From contig JAHQWJ010000041.1 of NCBI GenBank assembly GCA_029856125.1, forward strand, positions 1-43,191: DNA of 43,191 bases, read 5' to 3'. The DNA is from Promethearchaeia archaeon (GTDB lineage: Archaea > Asgardarchaeota > Lokiarchaeia > Sigyniarchaeales > SOKP01). Position numbers and translations under genes: made by a program. Positions 35,511 to 43,191 of this stretch are shown here, one piece after another. Below the pieces are notes generated by a model. The model made no database searches. It was given only the letters and a program-made list of their open reading frames with translations, and had not been told where the DNA came from. Each line of letters opens with the position of its first letter. Within the stretch, counting starts at the first letter, position 1.

Positions 35511-36842
35511 TTATGTAGTCCAAGTATCTGAAATTTTTTCTACTCCTTCATAGGATCTTTTTTCTTTTGCTAAAGGTAGGCAATACATATAATGATCGCC
35601 ACCGAGATGCATTTTTCTGGGCTCATCTATACCACATCCAATATGGTCGTCTTTGTTTGGGCACCTAGGGTGAAATGAACATCCTGAAGGTGGATTAATT
35701 GGACTGGGTACATCACCTTCTAAGATAACTCTGTTTTTTTTTGAACTAGGATCAAATGTAGGACGCGCAGATAGCAATGCTCTAGTATATGGGTGTGTTG
35801 GGTTATAAAAAACCTCTTCAAGTGTGCCGGTCTCCACGAATTTACCTAAGTACATTACTGCGATTCTATCAGCTATGTGTTGTACCACACTTAAATCATG
35901 AGTTATAAAAAGATAAGACAAACCAAATTTATTCTGAAGTTCTTTTAATAAATTTAAGATTTGAGCTTGAACGGAGACATCCAGAGCAGAAGTTGGTTCG
36001 TCCAAAATAATTATTTCAGGATTACATGAAAGAGCTCTGGCTATCACAATTCTTTGTTTTTGACCTCCAGAAAATTCATGTGGATATCGATCCAAGTGTT
36101 CTCTCTTCATGGAGACGGTTTGTAGAAGTTCAAGAACGCGTCTACGCATTTTTTTTCTTTTAGTCATTCCTAACAGAATTTTGAGAGGTTCACCTATAAC
36201 ATTAACTATTTTCCAGCGAGGATTTAAAGAAGAATCAGGATCTTGAAACACCATCTGAATCTTTTTTCGTAATGCTTTGTTATAGGGGTGTTTTACATCC
36301 ATCAAATTATGGTAGTTTTGTTTCGCTATAGACCCCGTTGCTGTTAAAATTTTTCGTGTTGGAGGTAATAATTTGGCTGAGTTATTTTTTATTATTCGAA
36401 AGATTTTCCTTAGACTTAATTTCGCGAAACCGAAAAATGCATTGCCAATGCTTATTATTGGAATAAACATGATGTTCACAATTTTATTTTGTTGCTTTTG
36501 TTTTTCACTTCTTTTTTTCTTTTCAGCGCTTCCTATAATGATATTTTGATCTTTAAAGAAAATTTCTCCTGAGGTAGTAGGCACAAGATTTAATATAACT
36601 TTTGCGATGGTGGTCTTACCGCAACCACTCTCTCCAACTAAACCAAGAGTTTCTCCTTCATAAAGGTTAAAAGTGACACCATCTACAGCTTTAACATGTC
36701 CAATAGTTCGTTTGAAAAGCCCGCCGAATATTGGGTAATAAGTCTTGAGATTTTTTATAGAAAGAATAACCCGTCTTTTCTCACCTGAGTTTATTGTATC
36801 TTCTGTTGATGAGTTTTTTATCTTATCGTTATAAACAGTCAT
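35511..36842 (-). CDS. oppF: Oligopeptide/dipeptide ABC transporter ATPase OppF/DppF with a large insertion
   Basis: GESGCGKTT; QMVFQDP; FSGGQKQR; LDEPTSALD; GDVPSPINPPSGCSFHPRC. Confidence 0.92.
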   Translation of the reverse strand: MTVYNDKIKNSSTEDTINSGEKRRVILSIKNLKTYYPIFGGLFKRTIGHVKAVDGVTFNLYEGETLGLVGESGCGKTTIAKVILNLVPTTSGEIFFKDQNIIIGSAEKKKRSEKQKQQNKIVNIMFIPIISIGNAFFGFAKLSLRKIFRIIKNNSAKLLPPTRKILTATGSIAKQNYHNLMDVKHPYNKALRKKIQMVFQDPDSSLNPRWKIVNVIGEPLKILLGMTKRKKMRRRVLELLQTVSMKREHLDRYPHEFSGGQKQRIVIARALSCNPEIIILDEPTSALDVSVQAQILNLLKELQNKFGLSYLFITHDLSVVQHIADRIAVMYLGKFVETGTLEEVFYNPTHPYTRALLSARPTFDPSSKKNRVILEGDVPSPINPPSGCSFHPRCPNKDDHIGCGIDEPRKMHLGGDHYMYCLPLAKEKRSYEGVEKISDTWTT

Positions 36843-36921
36843 TTTCTTATTTTCCTTTCAACTAATTTACTATCAATTTCTAATGTTTTACTTTATAAAA
36901 TTCTTTATCTCCGTCTTTACC

Positions 36922-38166
36922 CTATTGATATTTTGGGGAATTTTTATATTTGGGATCGAAAAGATGGCAAGCAACAAAGTGGTTATCGCCGACTTCAATA
37001 CTGGTTGGTCGTACTTTGTCACAAGTCTCTAATCGATAATCACATCTTGGGTGGAATCTGCAGCCAGACGGGGGATAAATTAAGTTAGGTACCATTCCTC
37101 GAATTGTGAGTAAGTCTTGGTCTTTCTTTTCTATGCTCGGAATCGAACCAATAAGTCCTTTGGTATAAGGATGGTGAGGATTATTAAATAAATTTTCAGC
37201 CGATGCGTATTCCACAATAGTCCCGCTGTACATAACAGCCACTCTATCACACAATTCTGCGATAACTCCTAAATCATGTGTAATCATGAGAATCGATGTG
37301 CTAAATTTCTTTTTTAACACTTTCATTAAATCAAGAATTTGAGCTTGAATAGTTACATCTAAGGCAGTTGTTGGTTCATCGGCAATTAATAGCTTGGGAT
37401 TACACGATAATCCCATGGAAATCATTACACGTTGCCTCATACCACCACTTAGTTCATGGGGGTATCGTTTTAAGATTCCTTTAGCATCCGCAATTCCTAC
37501 TTCCTTAATGATGACCTCCGATTTTTCCCATGCGATGTCTTTCAAATTTGATTTTTTAGTTCGGTTTTCTTTTAGTTTTTTTATTTCTGCCTCTAGTTCT
37601 TTCTCTTCTTCTTTTGTTAATCGAGTTTTCTTTGTTTTTAATTCTTCTTCTAAAGCTTTTATTTCTTGTTTCTCTTTATTCCTATCTAATTTACGATTTT
37701 CAAGAATTTCCTCTAGTTCTTCTTTCTGATGTAATAGAAATACTTCCGCTATTTGTCTACCGACTTGAAGAATTGGATTAAGTGAATTTAACGGATCTTG
37801 AAATATCATAGTAATATCTTTGCCACGATATTCCCTCATTTGTCCTTCGGTTAAATCCAGTAAATTGACACCATCAAACATTATGGACCCGTCTATTATT
37901 TTTCCTGGTGGCCTCACAAGGCGTAAAATAGAAAGAGCCGTAACGGATTTCCCGCAACCTGTTTCACCGACAAGACCAAGGATCTCATTTCTGCTCATAT
38001 CAAATGAGACCCCATCTACTGCTTTAACTATCCCTTCTTCCGTATAGAAATTCGTCTTAAGATTTTTGATCTCAAGCAGATTTTCCGAATTCCATGTTAT
38101 AACTGAATCCGTTTGATTTTTTTCATCTGCTTCAACACTTGTTTTCTTTTTTACAGAGGTATCCAT
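36922..38166 (-). CDS. oppD: Oligopeptide/dipeptide ABC transporter ATPase OppD/DppD with a coiled-coil insertion
   Basis: GETGCGKSVT; MIFQDP; LSGGMRQR; ADEPTTALD; PPSGCRFHPRC. Confidence 0.92.
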   Translation of the reverse strand: MDTSVKKKTSVEADEKNQTDSVITWNSENLLEIKNLKTNFYTEEGIVKAVDGVSFDMSRNEILGLVGETGCGKSVTALSILRLVRPPGKIIDGSIMFDGVNLLDLTEGQMREYRGKDITMIFQDPLNSLNPILQVGRQIAEVFLLHQKEELEEILENRKLDRNKEKQEIKALEEELKTKKTRLTKEEEKELEAEIKKLKENRTKKSNLKDIAWEKSEVIIKEVGIADAKGILKRYPHELSGGMRQRVMISMGLSCNPKLLIADEPTTALDVTIQAQILDLMKVLKKKFSTSILMITHDLGVIAELCDRVAVMYSGTIVEYASAENLFNNPHHPYTKGLIGSIPSIEKKDQDLLTIRGMVPNLIYPPSGCRFHPRCDYRLETCDKVRPTSIEVGDNHFVACHLFDPKYKNSPKYQ

Positions 38167-38215
38167 TTTCTTTTTAATCCCCTATTTTTTATTTTCAATG
38201 AAGTTCAAGAACAAA

Positions 38216-39220
38216 TTACAGGTTTTTCATTCTCGGATCCAAAGCATCTCTTAACCCATCACCGACCAACATAAAACCCAGTACAGTTACTAAGATCATA
38301 ATACCAGGCCAGAACATGGACCATGGTGCATCAATTAAATGAAGTCTTGCAACGCTAATGTCATTTCCCCATTCGATTAACGTCATATCACTGTAACCCA
38401 AAAAACTAAGACCCGCCAAACTTAAAATAATTCCACCGATGTCGAATGTAAACGAAATTATGATTGGTTGAATGCAATTTGGCAAAACATGCCTAAACAT
38501 AAGTCTCCAATTACCCGACCCTGATACTCTTGCCGCTTCTACATATGGTAATTCTCGAGCTTGTAATACTGATCCCCTAATTAACCGAGCATAATAAGGA
38601 ACGCCTAGAATTCCGAAGGCTAACATGATATATTCCATTCTTTGACCCCATATTGCTATAAAAACTAAAGCAAGAATCAGACCTGGAAATGCAAGAAAAA
38701 CATCGGTAATTCTCATTATTAGCGTATCTATCCATCCTCCATAATATCCAGAGATCATTCCAACTATAACACCCATGATAACACTAAATGATATAGCTGG
38801 TAAAGCGATCGTTAATGAAGAATATGCTCCGTATATTGCCCTTGATAAAACATCACGTCCAAATTTGGTTTGTCCTAAAAGATGTTCGGGGCTTGGGGGG
38901 TCCCAAGAACCTATTAAAACACCATTTGCTACTTCTTTTGTATAAGGAGCAATCCATGCTCCATGAACAGCAAAAGTAATAATGATAAAAATGATTATAA
39001 TTCCCAAAATTGTTAAAAATGATTTTAATCTTCTGATAAACTTTCTTTTGCTTATTGTCTTTTCATATTCAAATTCCCTTTGTGATAATTCCTCTAATCT
39101 AGAACCCGGGATAAGAAGGAACTTAATATTTCGTAAAATCCATAAGAGTGTATTTTTTATAATGCCACTTTTTTCTTTTACTTCTTCAAATTTGAGTTCT
39201 TGCTCATAAGATTCTTTCAT
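38216..39220 (-). CDS. oppC: Oligopeptide/dipeptide ABC permease OppC/DppC
   Basis: HLLGQTKFGRDVLSR; YVEAARVSG (EAA loop); RHVLPN; GDGLRDALDPR. Confidence 0.93.
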   Translation of the reverse strand: MKESYEQELKFEEVKEKSGIIKNTLLWILRNIKFLLIPGSRLEELSQREFEYEKTISKRKFIRRLKSFLTILGIIIIFIIITFAVHGAWIAPYTKEVANGVLIGSWDPPSPEHLLGQTKFGRDVLSRAIYGAYSSLTIALPAISFSVIMGVIVGMISGYYGGWIDTLIMRITDVFLAFPGLILALVFIAIWGQRMEYIMLAFGILGVPYYARLIRGSVLQARELPYVEAARVSGSGNWRLMFRHVLPNCIQPIIISFTFDIGGIILSLAGLSFLGYSDMTLIEWGNDISVARLHLIDAPWSMFWPGIMILVTVLGFMLVGDGLRDALDPRMKNL

Positions 39221-39251
39221 AAATCTTTCACTTTTTTTTTTTTATTTTTAA

Positions 39252-40268
39252 TTAATATCTTATTCGTGGATCTATAAAGCCGTAAATGAGATCAATAGCT
39301 AAATTAATAACAATAAATGTTATTGTAGTTAGGAACACAATTCCGTTTAATACCCAATAATCAGTGTTCTGTATCGATACAAGTAATAACTCACCTAATC
39401 CGTGTAAATTAAAAGTCGTTTCGGTAAGAATCGCTCCTGATAATAATCCTCCAAAGTTTAATCCTATAATTGTTATAGTAGGAATTAATGCGTTTTTTCG
39501 AGCATGGGTTTTAATTACGTCTTTTTCTTTGCACCCTTTCGCTCTTGCTGTTCTAACGTAATCTTGTCCCAAAACTTCCAGCATACTTGAACGAGTTTGT
39601 CTCGTAATTGAGGCAAGAGTTATAAATGATAAACAAAGTACAGGTAATATTAAATGATGAATATAATCGAAAAGTAAAACCATGTCAAAAGCTAAAATAC
39701 AATCGATTATTCTGAGATGTGTAATAACAGGAGGATCTCCAATACCGCCAGATTTATACCCAATCCCCGGGAAAAGCGGTATTTGAAATGCTAGTAGATA
39801 TTGAAGCATCATTCCCATCCAGAAAACGGGAATGGCAACTCCTACAAGTGCAAAACCCCTTAATATTGTATCTTTAGGTTTATTTCTATGTGTCGCTGAA
39901 ATTACACCAGTTTTGAGTCCGACAAATGTTGCAATAATAATTGAAAGGAGAGCGATATCAAAAGTCCTAAAAAATCTCTCTAAAACAAGATCCCATACAA
40001 GAGTTCCAGGTGCAAGAGTAACAGAAGTACCCCAATTGCCAATAAATAAATCCCCTAGGTATATCACAAATTGCTCCAATATGGGTTTATCAAGTCCAAG
40101 TTGTGATAACATGTCCGCATACATTTCTGCAGTAAAATTCTTAGGGAGATGGGCTATAATTGGATCCCCTGGCATTAATCTTGAAAGGATAAAGGTTAAT
40201 GCTATAACCCCAAATAAGACAGGCAACAATGCCAATAATCTTTTAACGATAAATTTAATCATGCTCAT
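39252..40268 (-). CDS. oppB: Oligopeptide/dipeptide ABC permease OppB/DppB
   Basis: PGDP; GLDKP; RSSMLEVLGQDYVRTARAKG; IDPRIRY. Confidence 0.93.
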   Translation of the reverse strand: MSMIKFIVKRLLALLPVLFGVIALTFILSRLMPGDPIIAHLPKNFTAEMYADMLSQLGLDKPILEQFVIYLGDLFIGNWGTSVTLAPGTLVWDLVLERFFRTFDIALLSIIIATFVGLKTGVISATHRNKPKDTILRGFALVGVAIPVFWMGMMLQYLLAFQIPLFPGIGYKSGGIGDPPVITHLRIIDCILAFDMVLLFDYIHHLILPVLCLSFITLASITRQTRSSMLEVLGQDYVRTARAKGCKEKDVIKTHARKNALIPTITIIGLNFGGLLSGAILTETTFNLHGLGELLLVSIQNTDYWVLNGIVFLTTITFIVINLAIDLIYGFIDPRIRY

Positions 40269-40734
40269 ATATCATTTCCTCTCCATTCAATTGATCTAAT
40301 TTTTTCCATTTTTTTCTATACTGTTTGAAAATTGCTGCTAAAATCGCAGCAAACAAGTTTACGCCCAATATTGAGAAAATCGTAACGTACCCTTCATAAC
40401 GAGTGAAAAAATCACCGATTATGTTAACATCGAAACCATACATCATCCAAAACCATATAAAAGATTGTATTATTATAATGGGTGTAAGCCAAATGCTATT
40501 TCTAATTCCATATTCAAAGAACTTCTCTCTAAGTACCATTACAAACACAATTGCAAAAAGAATTATTATTGAAAGATAATACTCTGGATCAATAAAAATT
40601 TGATATAAATATAATATTTTTTCACCAATTTGTTTTTGAAACATATTGCTTAGATATCCGAAAAATACGAAATGAATCAGTAATAATGCTAGAATAAAAT
40701 TACCTTGCCTACTTATATCAATCTTAAATTTCAT
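40255..40734 (-). CDS. Hypothetical 4-TM membrane protein embedded in the opp operon
   Basis: Four hydrophobic segments; overlaps oppB by 14 nt and the upstream gene by 4 nt. Confidence 0.75.
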   Translation of the reverse strand: MKFKIDISRQGNFILALLLIHFVFFGYLSNMFQKQIGEKILYLYQIFIDPEYYLSIIILFAIVFVMVLREKFFEYGIRNSIWLTPIIIIQSFIWFWMMYGFDVNIIGDFFTRYEGYVTIFSILGVNLFAAILAAIFKQYRKKWKKLDQLNGEEMIYEHD

Positions 40735-41591
40735 ACGACTTTCTCTATATCAATTTTTTCTAAATCAATATCTCTTAAAAAACCGTTACTATAATTTACA
40801 TTTGAAAACTTATTAATTATTCTATTGTTTTTCCAAACTTTCATATCAACTGGGATTTGATTCCCCTCATTTAAAAGTATACGATTGTAGGAAAAAATAT
40901 CAAGAATATCGTCATAAATTAAATAAGGAATAAAGTTCATTTTTGTTTTCTTATCTATTTTAATGGCAATTATTAGGGGAAAATATTTTTCTTTTTTTTC
41001 TAAGTATAACTGTACTGTTTTTGTTGAACCTTCTTCTTTAATTATGATTACATTATTTTCTATTTTTTCTCTCATATAAGAAATAATAGTATCACAATAT
41101 CGTAATAGTTCAGCGGTATATCCTTCGAGGCTTGGATCTAATCCTTTTTCTTCAATGGTAGAAAGTGTATTCAAGAATTCAAGGAGTAAGTAAGTATAGA
41201 CTTCTTGAAGGCTAGGAATTTCTGTTTTTATTAGTCGTGAATTTTCAAACCACTTTATTATCATTTCACGTTCTAAATTTCGGTGTACAATCTCCTTATA
41301 TTTTCCTTTTGCGAAATTTATAAAATTAGAGATTCCAAGCAAAAAAAAATTTTTAAAATTCATAATTAAACCCAGCTCTTTTAACTTTTCATTCAACTTT
41401 CCAATATCAGGCAATATAAATAATGTCGAATGTCCATTAGTTAATTTATCAATTCTCATTGGGACGGGCATTACGGGAACTTTAAATATTTCTGTTCCAA
41501 ATATATCAAAATAGAAACCTACAGGAGCAAGATCACTTTTAAATGATTTTAATTTACTGGGGGAATTAAAAAAAGAATTTTTTGGACTCAT
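40731..41591 (-). CDS. Hypothetical soluble protein embedded in the opp operon
   Basis: 286-aa ORF with no TM helix or signal peptide; ATGA stop/start overlap with the next gene. Confidence 0.75.
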   Translation of the reverse strand: MSPKNSFFNSPSKLKSFKSDLAPVGFYFDIFGTEIFKVPVMPVPMRIDKLTNGHSTLFILPDIGKLNEKLKELGLIMNFKNFFLLGISNFINFAKGKYKEIVHRNLEREMIIKWFENSRLIKTEIPSLQEVYTYLLLEFLNTLSTIEEKGLDPSLEGYTAELLRYCDTIISYMREKIENNVIIIKEEGSTKTVQLYLEKKEKYFPLIIAIKIDKKTKMNFIPYLIYDDILDIFSYNRILLNEGNQIPVDMKVWKNNRIINKFSNVNYSNGFLRDIDLEKIDIEKVV

Positions 41592-41659
41592 TTGAAAAAC
41601 CGTTAAGATTTAAAAAAAAAAAAGTTATTTATAATTTATTATGTGTTTATGCTCTTTGT

Positions 41660-43191
41660 TTAATAGTGGCATGGATAGAACCAGATCTTACCCATGCTAT
41701 TCGTTTGAAATCCCTCTAAGCCAACGACATAAGCGTCGAAAACTTTAGATGAATAACCAAATAGCCATGGCACATCTCTTTCAACCAAGAGGTATTGAAT
41801 CCTGTCGTAGATTGCTTTCCTTGCGACAGGTTTGGTTTCTGCTAATCCTGCTTCCATTAACAATTGCACGTTATCATTTTGAACCATTGGATCTCTACCA
41901 TCTTCTATTGCTGCTAAGGTACCATTATATTGAGCACCATTTGAGGCAACAGATCTGTTGGTAAACAATGGGTTGATGAAATTGCTCGGATCGTTATAAT
42001 CCGGACCCCATCCAATCCACCAAAGTTCCAAATCATTTCTGTCAAGATTTCCTACTTCGTATAGTCGGTAAATGACTTCACTCCAAGTCATACCATAACC
42101 TATTACTGTAATACCTACTCTTGGTAAGTCTCGCATTAATAAGGTTAGCATGTCTTCTCGCATCTGATTACCAACGTTATAAGAATAGGAGAAACTATTC
42201 GCGGCTCGTCCGTGGGTTGCTGCGTATGTCCAATCATTACCATCAGATATATCAGTTAAATTATAAGAAATTGCATTGACACCAATCGTCGCATTAGACC
42301 ACAACCATCCACCAGTTGTATGGTTTCCAGTATATCCGTAGCCCATAGCTTGCATCTTCATTCTTGCATCGGTTACGTTGTAGGTTGCTTCTTGATGTGA
42401 CCAATTGCCATACAAAATACCTTCTGGGATTGGAGATTCCAATCGATCGGCAGTTCCTTCCTGAATTTCTTCGGTAATATATTCGTAGTCGACAGCAGCA
42501 GAAATCACTCGTCTCCATGACACATTAATTAAAACGTTATTCATGCCCATATATTGTGTAACTAAGGATTGCTTTTCTTCTGCTAGATCGTCACCCATCA
42601 TGGTTGTACCTGGGTCAGCTGCAAATTGAGCGTGGAAAGATGGATGTGGATCATCTAAGAATTGAATATCTTCTGATAATAACGCTAAATTTCTGGCGTT
42701 CATATCAGTAATTCCTGAAAATACTAACGTAGTAATATCAGAGTGAGCCCATCCTGAATAGTAATCATCGTATCGAGTCATTAATACCTCAACACCGGCT
42801 TCATATTGATCGTACATCCAAGGACCAGTTCCAATTAGATCGTCGTCAGCCGTAACAAGGTATTCATCTTGAGGTGTACTTGCTGGTGATTGAATATATG
42901 ACCCGCTAAAGCATAACAATGCTTGAAATGGAGCATAAGCTGCGCTTAATACGAATGTTACCACAAATTCGCTTTCAACAACAACATGGTCCACAATAGG
43001 CGTTCCATCAGGCCAGACATATAACTCTTCGATTTGAGTTACTCCATCCATGTTAGTGCCAGTTGTGTTTAAACACCAAGCCATTCTATCCCAATTCCAC
43101 TTAACTGCTGATGCGTTAAATGCGGTACCATCGTGGAATGTAACATCGTCTCTGAGTGTAACAGTATAGTTTAAGTTATCTCCAGTCCACA
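41660..43191 (-). CDS. oppA: Peptide ABC transporter substrate-binding protein (family 5, OppA/DppA), 5'-truncated by the window edge
   Basis: The frame stays open past 43084 (YTVTLRDDVTFHDGTAFNASAVKWNWDR, the family 5 signature). Also IGTGPW and GWGPDYNDPSNF. Confidence 0.92.
   Translation of the reverse strand, partial: WTGDNLNYTVTLRDDVTFHDGTAFNASAVKWNWDRMAWCLNTTGTNMDGVTQIEELYVWPDGTPIVDHVVVESEFVVTFVLSAAYAPFQALLCFSGSYIQSPASTPQDEYLVTADDDLIGTGPWMYDQYEAGVEVLMTRYDDYYSGWAHSDITTLVFSGITDMNARNLALLSEDIQFLDDPHPSFHAQFAADPGTTMMGDDLAEEKQSLVTQYMGMNNVLINVSWRRVISAAVDYEYITEEIQEGTADRLESPIPEGILYGNWSHQEATYNVTDARMKMQAMGYGYTGNHTTGGWLWSNATIGVNAISYNLTDISDGNDWTYAATHGRAANSFSYSYNVGNQMREDMLTLLMRDLPRVGITVIGYGMTWSEVIYRLYEVGNLDRNDLELWWIGWGPDYNDPSNFINPLFTNRSVASNGAQYNGTLAAIEDGRDPMVQNDNVQLLMEAGLAETKPVARKAIYDRIQYLLVERDVPWLFGYSSKVFDAYVVGLEGFQTNSMGKIWFYPCHY

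Noticed and set aside
36275-37725. ATPase insertions interpreted as inteins or introns
   Set aside because: There are no Cys/Ser...His-Asn intein termini, and the reading frames are continuous and protein-like.
752-42518. Many short ORFs overlapping real genes (e.g. 1883-2125, 5581-5877, 6659-6931, 7315-7644, 9864-10160, 25391-25858, 37394-37729, 39832-40299, 42294-42518)
   Set aside because: They are antisense or off-frame shadows of well-supported genes and contain no recognisable motifs.
1-43191. tRNA, rRNA, CRISPR arrays, transposases and prophage genes
   Set aside because: No GC-rich cloverleafs, regularly spaced repeats, or transposase/integrase motifs were seen by eye. A tRNAscan/Infernal run would be needed to exclude small RNAs.

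Overview
AT-rich (roughly 30% GC by eye) archaeal chromosome segment, most consistent with an Asgard archaeon of the Lokiarchaeia/Promethearchaeia type. Support for that placement: a roadblock protein, a Loki-CTERM-like anchored surface protein, an OSTC/DC2-like OST subunit and archaeal-type ribosomal proteins. Contents from left to right: (1) a roadblock gene and a small putative cobalamin/vitamin uptake module (DUF4430 protein, surface glycoprotein, ECF S component); (2) a minus-strand S10/spc ribosomal protein operon from uS19 to uL15, including rnp1 and a uS14 gene missed by the ORF track, but without L3/L4/L23/L2 upstream or secY/adk downstream; (3) a mixed region with cupin plus ribokinase, a possible DPM3-like membrane protein, an Ntn amidotransferase, a cytoplasmic FG-GAP-like beta-propeller, a 4-TM protein, a ferredoxin, a GATase-like/C4HC3-finger fusion, PepD, OSTC-like, GcvH and MptE; (4) an information-processing cluster with two RadA paralogs, a TFE-beta/RPC34-like protein, an FtsJ-family methyltransferase, Trm1, class I FBPase and a YqgF-like nuclease, followed by two tandem DUF1624 acyltransferases, TlyA and DUF362; (5) a membrane M28 peptidase downstream of an Opp/Dpp peptide ABC operon that has two embedded unknown genes and large insertions in both ATPases. 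No tRNA, rRNA, CRISPR array or mobile element was recognised. All family calls come from motif recognition by eye, not from database searches.
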